A DNA stretch of 64,000 nt from assembly GCA_947175055.1 (NCBI GenBank), contig CAMWLJ010000006.1, positions 44-64,043 on the forward strand. The letters run 5' to 3'. Both the position numbers and the translations under genes were made by a program. How positions within the stretch are numbered: position 1 is the first letter of the stretch; every line of letters starts with the position of its first letter. Below, piece by piece: positions 8,820 to 18,473 of the stretch. The DNA is from an uncultured Lachnospiraceae bacterium (lineage in GTDB: Bacteria > Bacillota > Clostridia > Lachnospirales > Lachnospiraceae). The notes beneath the pieces were generated by a model. That model searched no databases. It saw only the letters and a list, made by a program, of their open reading frames with translations, and was not told the origin of the DNA.

Positions 8820-10760
8820 CTATGGCAGCACATTTCGCTTCAGGCTGCGGTAGGCCATTACGATATAGACGGCATAGATCATGAAAAACAGCATTAGCGT
8901 TATGCAGATGATGTTGAGTGGCCGGTAAAAGCCCTCCGTGACGCCCGGATCCGTGGCATTGCACAGGTTCAGGAGAAAAGGGATGCTGACAAACAGAGGC
9001 GGAATGGCAGGCATCGTGTAGTAGATCATAAACTGCAGGCGCAGCGCCCTGTGCATTTCCTGTCGGTCCATGCCCAGCTTCTTAAGCAGCAGGAACTGCC
9101 GCCTGTACCGGTCCGTCTCGGAAAGCTGCTGGATGGTCAGGATCGTGGCCGCAGTCATGATGAGGACCAGGGCCAGATAATAAAGCGGAAGGACCAGCAT
9201 TGCTGTCGAACTTGCATACTCTGCCTGCACCTGCGGCGCGGTGTAGAGCGTAATATGACTATAGAGCTCACGTTCATCCCGGATCCGGCACAGTGTGGCA
9301 TATTGTTCTTCGCTGACAGGCTCTTTCGTCATGGCAGCGTACAGATTGTGGCTGACAGGACGGGAGAGGACGGCTTCATCCGGCAGGATGAGGATAAAGT
9401 CCGTTCCATTGACATTCCAGAGCCGTTGATTGAGAGTCTCCGTATGGATACTGCCCGGCTGCAGCGTCGCTCCTCCAATGGCGATCGGCTGCGCGCAGGC
9501 CGCCACGGCGCCCTTTTGCCAAGGTACGCAGTGAATCAGATATTCACCGGGTTTCAGGGCGACGTCAGGGTATCCGCGCATGGAGCGCAGGGCGGCGTAG
9601 TCGCTGAACTTCATCCATGTATCATAAGGATAACAGGGATAATAGTCTGTATTTTCATTAAGATAGTCCGTGATATGGGCGTCTGGTCCCTGATAGATAC
9701 TGTACGAATGCGCGGCAGTGACGGGGACGGAAGATTCTATATATGCGGTCAGGTCACTGCAGTCCTGCGTCGGGGTCTCTGTACCGATGAAAATATCGAA
9801 ACAGGTTTCGGCAGTCTGGCGGCTCTCGAAGATGGCGCCAAAGATCAAGCCGGTGCCTTGGGAGATCAACACGGCGGTAAACAACAGTGCGATCGTGGCC
9901 ATCACGATCCCCATGGTATTTAACTTGGCGGACAGCGTGCGGAAGATGAGCAGAGTCTGTCCTGTATATTTGTGCCTGGGCCGTCTGTCAAACCAGGCCG
10001 GGACGCCGGAGGAGAAGCTTAGGAAGAAGCCGTACAGGAATACGATGATGCAGGCGGATCCCAGGATGCCGGTGGGCAGGCTTCTTGTAAGGAGCAGCAA
10101 TGTTCCGGTGATTCCGAAAATAACAGACACAGTAAAAGTTCTTATCCGCCGGCCGCTCTTCGCAAGGGCGGCATTTTCATTGAGACGGTCATAGTAGATC
10201 AGATCGTATATTTTCATGGAGCGGATCTTCCGGCGGCTTCTATACTGCGCGAACAGATAGATACATGTGAAGTAGACCAGTGTGAGGCCCACTGCCCTGA
10301 AGGAAAAGGTAAACGCAAAGGTGTAGGTGATGCCGAATAATGCCAAAAGAATAGCGCGCAGCGCCTGGAAGACCAGATTGCCGAGCAGAATGCCAAGCAG
10401 CAGAGCAAATACACCAACGATCAGATTTTCCAGGAAGAAAAGCCGTGCCACCTGTCTGTTTTCCAGTCCGATCAGGATATAGGTCCCGAATTCCCGGCTG
10501 CGCTTGGTGAACATGAAACTTGTGGTGTACTGCACCAGCCAGCCCATGATACAGACTACCACGATGCTGGCGAGAACGATCGTTACGGGGAGCGATCTCA
10601 TCAGCGTGGACAATTTCAGGATCTCCGGAGAGAAGATCAGGCCATTAAAGGCGTAAAGCAGGGCGGCCGTTATGATGACCGTGACGAAATAGACCAGGTA
10701 ATCACTGGTCTGACGTTTTGCGTTGCGCAGGGAGAGCTTAGATAACGTCACTGATATCAC
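8820..10760 (-). CDS. BceB-like (FtsX-domain) ABC permease
   Basis: LSLRNAKRQTSDYLVYF, KRSREFGTYILIG, about 10 TM segments with a large extracellular loop, LKKLGM near the C-terminus. Confidence 0.85.
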   Translation of the reverse strand: MISVTLSKLSLRNAKRQTSDYLVYFVTVIITAALLYAFNGLIFSPEILKLSTLMRSLPVTIVLASIVVVCIMGWLVQYTTSFMFTKRSREFGTYILIGLENRQVARLFFLENLIVGVFALLLGILLGNLVFQALRAILLALFGITYTFAFTFSFRAVGLTLVYFTCIYLFAQYRSRRKIRSMKIYDLIYYDRLNENAALAKSGRRIRTFTVSVIFGITGTLLLLTRSLPTGILGSACIIVFLYGFFLSFSSGVPAWFDRRPRHKYTGQTLLIFRTLSAKLNTMGIVMATIALLFTAVLISQGTGLIFGAIFESRQTAETCFDIFIGTETPTQDCSDLTAYIESSVPVTAAHSYSIYQGPDAHITDYLNENTDYYPCYPYDTWMKFSDYAALRSMRGYPDVALKPGEYLIHCVPWQKGAVAACAQPIAIGGATLQPGSIHTETLNQRLWNVNGTDFILILPDEAVLSRPVSHNLYAAMTKEPVSEEQYATLCRIRDERELYSHITLYTAPQVQAEYASSTAMLVLPLYYLALVLIMTAATILTIQQLSETDRYRRQFLLLKKLGMDRQEMHRALRLQFMIYYTMPAIPPLFVSIPFLLNLCNATDPGVTEGFYRPLNIICITLMLFFMIYAVYIVMAYRSLKRNVLP

Positions 10761-11496
10761 CTCCTAACAGAGCAAGCACATTAAGGATCTCATGATAGAA
10801 GACAGAGCGGTCTCGGCTTCCGCGGATCAATTCGTTGAAAAGGCGGCCGTCTTTGAGAAACAGGATACGGGAGGCATAACTGGCGCTGTAAGCGTCGTGT
10901 GTGACCATGAGGATGGTAGCGTGCATGGTCCGGTTCATCTGCGTCATGATCTCCAGTAGATTTTTGGACGCCTTGGAATCCAGTGCACCGGTGGGTTCGT
11001 CAGCCAGAAGCAGAGACTGACCTGCCACCATGGCGCGGGCGCAGGCTGCGCGCTGCTTCTGTCCGCCGGATACCTGATAAGGGAATTTGGGCAGGATATC
11101 GGTGATACCCAGTTTCATTGCCACATTCCGGACCTTATCCTGCACGGACGCAGGATCCGTGTGCGTCAAAGAGAGCGCGAGGCCGATGTTTTCTTCTATG
11201 GTCAGCGTATCGAGCAGATTGAAGTCCTGAAACACGAATCCCAGCTTCTCACGTCTGAAACGGGCCAGCTCGGCGGAAGAAAGGTCAGAGATGTCGATAC
11301 CGTCCAGACAGATCCGCCCGGCACTGATCGTGTCGATGGTAGAGATACAATTGAGCAGCGTTGTCTTTCCGCTGCCGGATGCGCCCATAATGGCGATGAA
11401 CTCACCGTCCTCCACGCGGAAACTGACTCTGTTCAGCGCTTTGGTGACGTTTACACCGTTACCGTAATACTTTTCGATATTTTCTACTTGCAGCAT
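10738..11496 (-). CDS. BceA-like ABC ATP-binding protein
   Basis: GASGSGKT, VSGGQKQR, LADEPTGALDS, MVTHD. Confidence 0.92.
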   Translation of the reverse strand: MLQVENIEKYYGNGVNVTKALNRVSFRVEDGEFIAIMGASGSGKTTLLNCISTIDTISAGRICLDGIDISDLSSAELARFRREKLGFVFQDFNLLDTLTIEENIGLALSLTHTDPASVQDKVRNVAMKLGITDILPKFPYQVSGGQKQRAACARAMVAGQSLLLADEPTGALDSKASKNLLEIMTQMNRTMHATILMVTHDAYSASYASRILFLKDGRLFNELIRGSRDRSVFYHEILNVLALLGGDISDVI

Positions 11497-11623
11497 GTGC
11501 TACCTCCTATTCTGATTGTAGTCTTTCGACTTCTTCTTTTCGTCTGTTCGGTTGCCGAAGGGAATTCGTTATCTCCCGTCGGTATGTCCAGTATAGAGAA
11601 ACAGCAAGCAGAAAGGTATCGAA

Positions 11624-12661
11624 TCAGTATGGATTTGTCTTACGGTTTTGTAAGGTTTCCGACAGCTGCTTAGCCGGAAAAGTGAGGGTCACGGTAGTGC
11701 CCTGTTGCTCCATGGAAGAAATCTGCAGATCGATTTCCAGCAAGGCTGCCAGTTTGCGGCACAGATAGAGTCCCATGCCGGTGGAACCTCCCCGCAGCCG
11801 CCCATTGCTGCCGGTAAATCCTCTGTCGAATACACGGGGCAGTTCATGAGCCGGAATGCCGATGCCGTTATCTGAGACAGTCAGCTGTACCTGCCTGCCG
11901 CATGGCGTGGCAGTCAGGAGGACGGAAGGAGAAGCGTTACTTCGATAGCGGGATGCATTCTGCAATAGCTGCCCGAGGATGAATACTGCCCATTTCTTGT
12001 CGGTGTAGACCGTAAAGTCCAGATTGCCGGTCTCGATCTTCATCTGACTTTGGATGAGTAGTGTCCGGTGATTCCCTACGGCCTGGGAAACGATGTCGGA
12101 CAGACTGGCCTGGCGGATGATACAGTCTTGCTCCGGGCTTTCGGCCCGCGCGTAGTAAAGAGCACGCTCTACGTGAGCCTCGATCTGTGAAAGCTCTGCG
12201 GAAAATTTACGGCGGCTGTCAGGATCCATGCGCCGGCAGGTGAGTTTGGCGGCAGTGATCGGTGTTTTGATCTCATGCACCCAGCTTTCAATGTATTCCC
12301 GGTATTCCTGCATGGAAGCCTGGGCATCCGAGACGGCGCCGATCATGGCCCTGCCGGAACTGCGCATCAGCGCAAAAAGCTTCTGTTCATAGACGGTATG
12401 GGGTGGCGGCGCACATTCGCCAAACAGGTATTTCTGATCCAATCCCTGCAGGAGTGCGGACAGCTCCGACAGCCGTTGTCGGCATTTGTGATATTCGGAT
12501 ATCTGTGTGACGGTAAAGATAAGAAGCAGAAAGAGGAGCAGAAGGGTGATCACGCCGGAGGAAGTACCGGTCATCCGCAGGAAGAATGCCGCTGCGGCCG
12601 TACAGCAGAGCTGCACCATGATCTTGCCCAGTCGATCTGATAGAAACTCGTATATTGTCAT
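11624..12661 (-). CDS. BceS-like intramembrane-sensing histidine kinase
   Basis: Two short N-terminal TMs, WVHEIKTP H-box, DNGIGI, FDRGFTG, GMGLYL. Confidence 0.9.
   Translation of the reverse strand: MTIYEFLSDRLGKIMVQLCCTAAAAFFLRMTGTSSGVITLLLLFLLLIFTVTQISEYHKCRQRLSELSALLQGLDQKYLFGECAPPPHTVYEQKLFALMRSSGRAMIGAVSDAQASMQEYREYIESWVHEIKTPITAAKLTCRRMDPDSRRKFSAELSQIEAHVERALYYARAESPEQDCIIRQASLSDIVSQAVGNHRTLLIQSQMKIETGNLDFTVYTDKKWAVFILGQLLQNASRYRSNASPSVLLTATPCGRQVQLTVSDNGIGIPAHELPRVFDRGFTGSNGRLRGGSTGMGLYLCRKLAALLEIDLQISSMEQQGTTVTLTFPAKQLSETLQNRKTNPY
11639..11654 (-). promoter_or_regulatory. Putative BceR-type response regulator box upstream of the ABC operon
   Basis: Minus strand reads CTTACA-AAAC-CGTAAG, an inverted repeat like the CTTACA-N4-TGTAAG boxes of BceR/GraR-type regulators. 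A TATACT -10 lies downstream on the minus strand at 11590-11595. Confidence 0.6.
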
Positions 12662-13323
12662 AGTTGATACCCCATTCCCCGCCGTGTGCGGATGCAGTCC
12701 GGCATTCCCAGATCTTTCAGTTTCGTGCGCAGCCTGGTGACGTTCACGCTCAGAGTGTTGTCGTCAATATATATCTGGTTTTCCCACAGCACATCGATCA
12801 GATCGGCGCGGGAGACAATCTCCCCGGCATGTGCCATCAGATGTGCCAGGATCTTCAGCTCGTTACGGGTAAGCTCTTCGCTGCGGCCATTGAGGGAGAC
12901 AGTGCCCTTCGTCAGACATAAACGCAGGCCGTTTACCGTGAGCACGTCGGCTTCCGATACGCCGCCGCTGCGGCGGAGTACTGCTTTGATTCGGGCCAAA
13001 AGAACGGGTACGTCATAGGGTTTGGTGATATAGTCATCGCCGCCCATACTTAAGCCACGGAATTCGTCTGTGGAGGAATCTCTGCTGGTGACGATGATGA
13101 TGGGTAGGGTAAAATTCTTGCGGATCTGGGCACACAGCGCCAGTCCGTCCCGCCCCGGAAGCCCTAAGTCGAGCAGGACAAGGTCGGGGGCACAGTCACG
13201 GATCTGTCCAGTCATATCTGTAAAGTCCGTGATGGAGACGACCCGGTAACCTTCGTTTTCCAGAAGAAGAGACAATTCCTCCCGGATCAACGGATCGTCC
13301 TCTATGATCATGATCTTCTGCAT
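12658..13323 (-). CDS. BceR-like OmpR-family response regulator
   Basis: IIEDD, LLDLGLP, DDYITKP, DDNTLSVNVTRLR, TRRGMGY. Start MQKI at 13323 behind GGAGG. Confidence 0.92.
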   Translation of the reverse strand: MQKIMIIEDDPLIREELSLLLENEGYRVVSITDFTDMTGQIRDCAPDLVLLDLGLPGRDGLALCAQIRKNFTLPIIIVTSRDSSTDEFRGLSMGGDDYITKPYDVPVLLARIKAVLRRSGGVSEADVLTVNGLRLCLTKGTVSLNGRSEELTRNELKILAHLMAHAGEIVSRADLIDVLWENQIYIDDNTLSVNVTRLRTKLKDLGMPDCIRTRRGMGYQL

Positions 13324-13595
13324 GGTCAACCTCCCTCCGTCTGCACCTATCCCGAATACACCTTGCCTGCATGGATATGGATGCCGCACATATATAGGTA
13401 TACCATTTTGCGATAGGAAAATCAATCGGTTATCGGCCTGAAACCTCGGTCACTAACTTTTTCTATTTGTAAGATTGCAGGGAGTACTGCTATAATAATA
13501 GTAGTAACACATGCAAGACCCATAGAATCACCGAATGAAATAACTAAGTGGAATCACGGAACGAAATAACAGAACAACGAAGGGAGTAAGAGCAG

Positions 13596-14936
13596 ATGAG
13601 TACAGTTGTCACGACCAGAAAAGGGAAGATCAGAGGATGTGCGGAAAACGGATGCCTTGTATTCAAAGGCATACCCTACGCAAAACCGCCGGTGGGCGAA
13701 CTTCGCTGGCGGGCACCCCAGGAGACGGAGAGCTGGGAGGGCACCTATGAGGCGGTGCGGTTTTCCGATAAGGCGGTACAGGGAGATCAGAACGTGGGAT
13801 TCTATGGCAAAGAATTCTATGCAGATCCGGCGTATGACGTGGGGATCAGTGAAGATTGTCTGTACCTGAATATCTGGGCGCCGGAAGAAGCGGTGAGGGA
13901 AGAAGCGAAGGCGGGACTGCCGGTGGCATTCTGGATCCACGGAGGCGCGTTTATGAGTGGGTACGGGAGTGAGCAGGAGTTTGACGGTGCGGCTTATGCA
14001 AAACGGGGTGTGATCCTTGTCACCATCAACTATCGCCTGAATGTCTACGGCTTTCTGGCGCATCCCTGGCTGAGCAGGGAGAATGATAACGGTGTATCCG
14101 GGAACTATGGCATATTGGATCAGATCGCCGCATTGAAATGGGTCTTCGAGAATATAGAGGCCTTCGGCGGTGACCCCGGCAATATCACGATCTTCGGTCA
14201 GTCGGCCGGTGCGATGAGCGTGCAGACGCTTCTGTCTTCGGAGCTGACCGGGAGTATGATCGCCAAGGCGATCCTGCAGAGCGGCGGAAGCTACGGGAAC
14301 GGCATCCACCGTGACATGCCTCTGCAGGAAGCGGAAGAATACGGTAAGAGATTTGCCGGTCTGGCAGGTGCCAAAGATCTGGATGAACTTCGGGCCATGT
14401 CCACTCAGGAACTGGAGAAACCCTTTGGACAGATGATGGAAGAAGCGTTTACGTCCGGCAAAGGCCTTTTCCTCGTTCCCAATATAGATGACTACGTGTT
14501 GAAACAGGGTTATAATCATACCATAGAGGACAAAAAGCTGAAACATATTTCTTATTTGATCGGCAGCACGAAGAACGATATCATGGTGACGAAGGAACAG
14601 CTGGAGGCAGGTGAGAAGGGAACCCTGTATGAGGGCTGCATGGCGTTCAGCCATAAGATGGAGCAGCTTTGGAACGAGCCTTCCTATGTCTACTACTTTT
14701 CCAGACAGATGCCGGGGGATGAAGAGGGCGCCTTCCATTCCGCGGAATTGTGGTATGTATTCGGCACCGTGAAGCGGTGTTGGAGGCCGCTGACGGAGGC
14801 GGATGAGCAGCTGAGTGAACGGATGCTGGATTACTGGACCAATTTTATGAAGAAAGGTGATCCCAACGGGGACGGCCTGCCGGAATGGCGGACGTGCAGC
14901 GAGAAAGATCCTTTTATCATGGAATTTGATGTGTAA
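13596..14936 (+). CDS. Type B carboxylesterase (para-nitrobenzyl esterase-like)
   Basis: FKGIPYAKPP, SEDCLYLNIW, WIHGGAF, FGQSAG (catalytic Ser), GAFHSAEL (catalytic His). Confidence 0.92.
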   Translation: MSTVVTTRKGKIRGCAENGCLVFKGIPYAKPPVGELRWRAPQETESWEGTYEAVRFSDKAVQGDQNVGFYGKEFYADPAYDVGISEDCLYLNIWAPEEAVREEAKAGLPVAFWIHGGAFMSGYGSEQEFDGAAYAKRGVILVTINYRLNVYGFLAHPWLSRENDNGVSGNYGILDQIAALKWVFENIEAFGGDPGNITIFGQSAGAMSVQTLLSSELTGSMIAKAILQSGGSYGNGIHRDMPLQEAEEYGKRFAGLAGAKDLDELRAMSTQELEKPFGQMMEEAFTSGKGLFLVPNIDDYVLKQGYNHTIEDKKLKHISYLIGSTKNDIMVTKEQLEAGEKGTLYEGCMAFSHKMEQLWNEPSYVYYFSRQMPGDEEGAFHSAELWYVFGTVKRCWRPLTEADEQLSERMLDYWTNFMKKGDPNGDGLPEWRTCSEKDPFIMEFDV

Positions 14937-15022
14937 GCAGATTCAGACAGAATTTATACAAAAGCAACGTAAGACGGAGATAGATCTGGCCGGAAATGAT
15001 CAGACGAAGGAGCAGAGGATAA

Positions 15023-15451
15023 ATGGCATATGAAGATTTCTATGAGTCAGCAATAAGGCATTGGATCGATGGAGGCATTCTGGAAGAGAATGAAGAATAT
15101 GATAATGCAGTCTGCATGCAGGGATTTGCAGCAGAATGTGCCTTGAAAAAAATTATGGAGAGAATATGTTCATCCAGTGACGTCAGAAGATACAGTCATT
15201 TTGGAGAAGTGCTTTTTCAGGATATCATTATGATGCTGACAGGTGATATGGGACTGACAATGATGATCGATCCGGCATGTGCGTTAAGATTATCTCAAAT
15301 AGTGCTGCCTGAAGTTTTGTTTCGAGATCATCCGGAAAGAAGATATTTCGGAGATGATAAATTCGTGAGGAAAGATGCTGAGGATTGTCGGAAGGCGGCG
15401 GGGTGTCTGATCAGAGAGCTGGCGCTTATGCGTTTGGATGGATATGTGTAA
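15023..15451 (+). CDS. HEPN-like small helical protein
   Basis: 142 aa. Pattern SAIRH..DG..L.....DNA....GFAAECALK, a central His (YSH), then PERRY and a terminal helix. This matches the E..LK / H / RY layout of stand-alone HEPN proteins. Confidence 0.65.
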   Translation: MAYEDFYESAIRHWIDGGILEENEEYDNAVCMQGFAAECALKKIMERICSSSDVRRYSHFGEVLFQDIIMMLTGDMGLTMMIDPACALRLSQIVLPEVLFRDHPERRYFGDDKFVRKDAEDCRKAAGCLIRELALMRLDGYV

Positions 15452-15463
15452 GGAGAATGTGAT

Positions 15464-16795
15464 ATGATAACATTTAATGATACCTTGAATGCTGCAGTGG
15501 CGTGTATACGTAAATGGAATACGGATATGCTTGTGAAAGAAGTTACATTGATCAGAGACGTATACGGCAAAGTGTCTTTACTGCTGGATAACACAGAGCC
15601 TGTAGATGAGTCTGACAAAGGGACTCTTTCATCTGTTTTAAGCGGTAATATGGGAGCATATTTCAGTGGGAGAGTTTATTGGAAAAAACCAGCGCATAGC
15701 CATAAAAGAATGGGAGAGCGGGAAAAGATCATGACTGATCTTATCGAGAGTGAGCGGTCTTTCTGGAAAGAAGAAGACAGTGTTAAATTCTATTTGTCTG
15801 AGCGGGCTATTGCAAAGAAGGCCTGGGTCTGCAGACGGCAGGATCCGGAATCAGTGTGGCCCTATGAGGAGGCAGAGAATGGTGCCAAAGTGATCACGTT
15901 TTACTCATTCAAGGGCGGCATGGGAAGGACGACAGCGTTAGCCGGAGTTGCTTTGTGTCTGGTAAAGCAGGGTAAAAATGTATTGATGGTAGATACAGAT
16001 ATTGAAGCTCCCGGGCTGGCAACATTGTTTTGTGACGAGGAAGCTGTGAAACGTGGGGTTTTGGACTATCTTATAGAACAGGAGATCGATCCGGGGATAA
16101 AGCTGACAGATTTCGTATCGGATGTGGTAGAGCCCTCCCTTTTGGATGAAGATGCTGGGAAATTATTCCTTATGTCTGCCGGAAAGGTAGATGAAAACTA
16201 TCTTCAAAAGCTGGCACGCATTGATTATCAGGACAATAGAGACGGGTATTTGCGAGAGGCGTTGAAAGGATTGCTGATCGCGGCGAGAGATAGTTATGAT
16301 ATAGATTATATTCTGGTGGATGCACGGGCAGGATTCCATGATATGGGTGGTATAGCGGTTGCACAGATTCCTCATGGTGTTGTACTGTTTGGCAATGACA
16401 GCAGACAATCCTGGGACGGGATCACACAGGTTCTGAGAACAATAGCACAAGGACATGAAGAAGATTTTCCTGTTATGATAGTGGATACGATGAGCCCTAA
16501 ACCGACGGCAGATGATTTTGTTGCAGCCAGGCAGCGTTTTATCCGTAAAGCGTATACGGTCTGTATGGAAAACTACTATGATGAAAGCAGTAAAGTGCCT
16601 GGTATAGAGGCGGAGGGTGAGATTCATTATCCGGAACTTATCCCGTTTAATGACGAACTTCTGCGGGGCATAGAGTTGTATTCAGACGAGAGTCCGGAGA
16701 GGAAACAGCGTGTGAAGGCTTATAAGAATATACTGACCGGAGAAAGTTACAGGAAAATTACAGAGAGGATCTGTGGCTGGTTTGGAGAGGATTGA
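15464..16795 (+). CDS. ParA/MinD-like ATPase with deviant KGGMGRT P-loop and N-terminal extension
   Basis: TFYSFKGGMGRTT, VDTDIEAPGL (DxD), YILVDARAG (Walker B). About 140 extra N-terminal residues containing IRDVYGK. Confidence 0.8.
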   Translation: MITFNDTLNAAVACIRKWNTDMLVKEVTLIRDVYGKVSLLLDNTEPVDESDKGTLSSVLSGNMGAYFSGRVYWKKPAHSHKRMGEREKIMTDLIESERSFWKEEDSVKFYLSERAIAKKAWVCRRQDPESVWPYEEAENGAKVITFYSFKGGMGRTTALAGVALCLVKQGKNVLMVDTDIEAPGLATLFCDEEAVKRGVLDYLIEQEIDPGIKLTDFVSDVVEPSLLDEDAGKLFLMSAGKVDENYLQKLARIDYQDNRDGYLREALKGLLIAARDSYDIDYILVDARAGFHDMGGIAVAQIPHGVVLFGNDSRQSWDGITQVLRTIAQGHEEDFPVMIVDTMSPKPTADDFVAARQRFIRKAYTVCMENYYDESSKVPGIEAEGEIHYPELIPFNDELLRGIELYSDESPERKQRVKAYKNILTGESYRKITERICGWFGED

Positions 16796-16797
16796 GC

Positions 16798-18306
16798 ATG
16801 GAGATTGAAGCAAGATATAGAATACTGGAAGGGATTTTCAATTGTGTACCTGAAAATGGTTCCGGAGAAGATGAAGAGAATCTATTACAAAACTTCCTGC
16901 CTCTGCGCAGTTATGCTAAATTGGCAGATCCTAAAAATTTCCTGATCACGGGAGGACGTGGTTCAGGAAAAACGGAATTATTCCGCATTTTGACATCCTG
17001 TGGAGGACTGCGCCATGTGATCAGTGAGAAAGACAGAAAGCGATATACCGGCTTGCGGGAACAGGAGTTTTTGACCGGATATATTGCAACCGGTTTGGGG
17101 GCAAAAGCGTTTCCGACCGCCAATTCCTGCGATGATCTGGTGAAGATTGAAAAACCGGATAATCTGACTTCTTTTTGGGGTGGATTGGTCTGTTCTGTGA
17201 TCTTAAGAAAGTTTAGAGAGGACCGGGAGTTTCGTGAATTGACTGATCATTATTTTGGTGCCGAAACCAGAAGGATTCTGGAGCAGGACAGCAACGAGGT
17301 GTCAAAATGGTGGAATGACCTGGATGCCAGAAAGGAAAAATGGGAGAGCTTTCTTGATCAGGCAGATACTGTCCTTGAAAAAAGAGATATACACATTTGC
17401 CTGGTATACGATGAATTAGATCGTATCTGTGGTAACTATGGGAACCTTTTTCTATTTATCAGAAGTTTGCTTGACTTCTGGTATCGTCATAATAGCCGCT
17501 ATACACATGTGAAAGCTAAAATTTTTCTGCGCAGTGATCTGTATAATGCGAAGGCGCTTCAGTTTGTGGATGCATCAAAGATGGGTGCGTACCGACTGGA
17601 ACTGAATTGGGATACCCATTCGCTCTATCGTCTGCTTGTCAAAAGGATGGCCAATGCAGGGATTGAGGAAATGGAGTTATATTTGAAAGAAATACCGGGA
17701 TTGCTGCAGACAGAAGCCGATGGAGCATTGGGGTATCTGCCGGGCAATTCAGAAGACGCATTTCGTCTGCTTATCAATAAAATGATAGGGCAATATATGG
17801 GGAAGAATGCGAAGAGGGGTATAAGTTATACCTGGGTACCCAACCACATTCAGGATGCAAACGGAGAGACAGCACCGAGGGCTTTCTTAAAGTGCTTTGC
17901 TTTTGCAGCAGAAGAGATGTTGAACCATAAGAGTGATGTATCGTTGTTGGAGGCAAACAGGATACTTTTACCGACCAGATTACAGGGGGCGGTGGCAAAA
18001 GTTTCGGCAGACAGAGTGCAAGAACTGACACAGGAAGAATATCAATGGCTGCAAAATCTGATCAGACGTTTGTACGGCAAAACGATGTTGATGGGATTGG
18101 ATGAATTCTTGCGTTATCTGGAGCCGGAAAACTGGCCGGAGGAAGAGCATGATAAGCTGCCTGGAAAGACAAATGCCGAAATTCTTGAAGTACTGGTTAC
18201 TTTAGGCATCGTAATGAGAACGGCAGATGAAAGAATCAATATTCCCGAAATATATCTACATGGGTTCGGATTAAAGCGGAAAGGCGGAATAAAGCGCCCG
18301 AAGTAA
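16798..18306 (+). CDS. P-loop NTPase (STAND/AAA-like) with probable C-terminal winged helix
   Basis: LITGGRGSGKT Walker A, VYDELDR Walker B, KIFLRSDL, APRAFL, C-terminal LVTLGIV...INIPEIY..GFGLKRKGG. ATG lies 2 nt after the upstream stop. Confidence 0.8.
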   Translation: MEIEARYRILEGIFNCVPENGSGEDEENLLQNFLPLRSYAKLADPKNFLITGGRGSGKTELFRILTSCGGLRHVISEKDRKRYTGLREQEFLTGYIATGLGAKAFPTANSCDDLVKIEKPDNLTSFWGGLVCSVILRKFREDREFRELTDHYFGAETRRILEQDSNEVSKWWNDLDARKEKWESFLDQADTVLEKRDIHICLVYDELDRICGNYGNLFLFIRSLLDFWYRHNSRYTHVKAKIFLRSDLYNAKALQFVDASKMGAYRLELNWDTHSLYRLLVKRMANAGIEEMELYLKEIPGLLQTEADGALGYLPGNSEDAFRLLINKMIGQYMGKNAKRGISYTWVPNHIQDANGETAPRAFLKCFAFAAEEMLNHKSDVSLLEANRILLPTRLQGAVAKVSADRVQELTQEEYQWLQNLIRRLYGKTMLMGLDEFLRYLEPENWPEEEHDKLPGKTNAEILEVLVTLGIVMRTADERINIPEIYLHGFGLKRKGGIKRPK

Positions 18307-18349
18307 CAGGCAAACAAAAGCGAAGTAACAGGCAAACAAAAGCGAAGTA
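18299..18349 (+). repeat. 22-bp tandem duplication
   Basis: CGAAGTAACAGGCAAACAAAAG twice, then a partial CGAAGTA, spanning the NTPase stop codon. Confidence 0.9.
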
Positions 18350-18383
18350 CAAACGAATGGAATATTATAAGGAAACAGGAGTA

Positions 18384-18470
18384 AAGGTTGAATAAATTCT
18401 CTGATGAGCAATTTAGTTCAACAAACTGAACAAGTTCAGTTAGAATTTGTGACGATTCGGAATGGAGGAG
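18384..18470 (+). repeat. Second, internally shortened copy of the multi-hairpin element
   Basis: 68 nt identical to 3584-3651, then it continues directly into TTCGGAATGGAGG, the conserved 3' end and RBS. Confidence 0.8.
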
Positions 18471-18473
18471 AAC

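Noticed and set aside
15464-16795. ParA as evidence of a plasmid/prophage partition system or MinD
   Set aside because: There is no parB, minC/minE, integrase or phage gene nearby, and the Walker A and N-terminal extension are atypical for partition ATPases.
3584-18451. The two identical 68-bp copies as att sites bounding a 14.8-kb integrated element
   Set aside because: No integrase or tRNA target is present, and further partial copies occur elsewhere in the window, so a dispersed repeat is the simpler explanation. Recombination between the copies remains possible.
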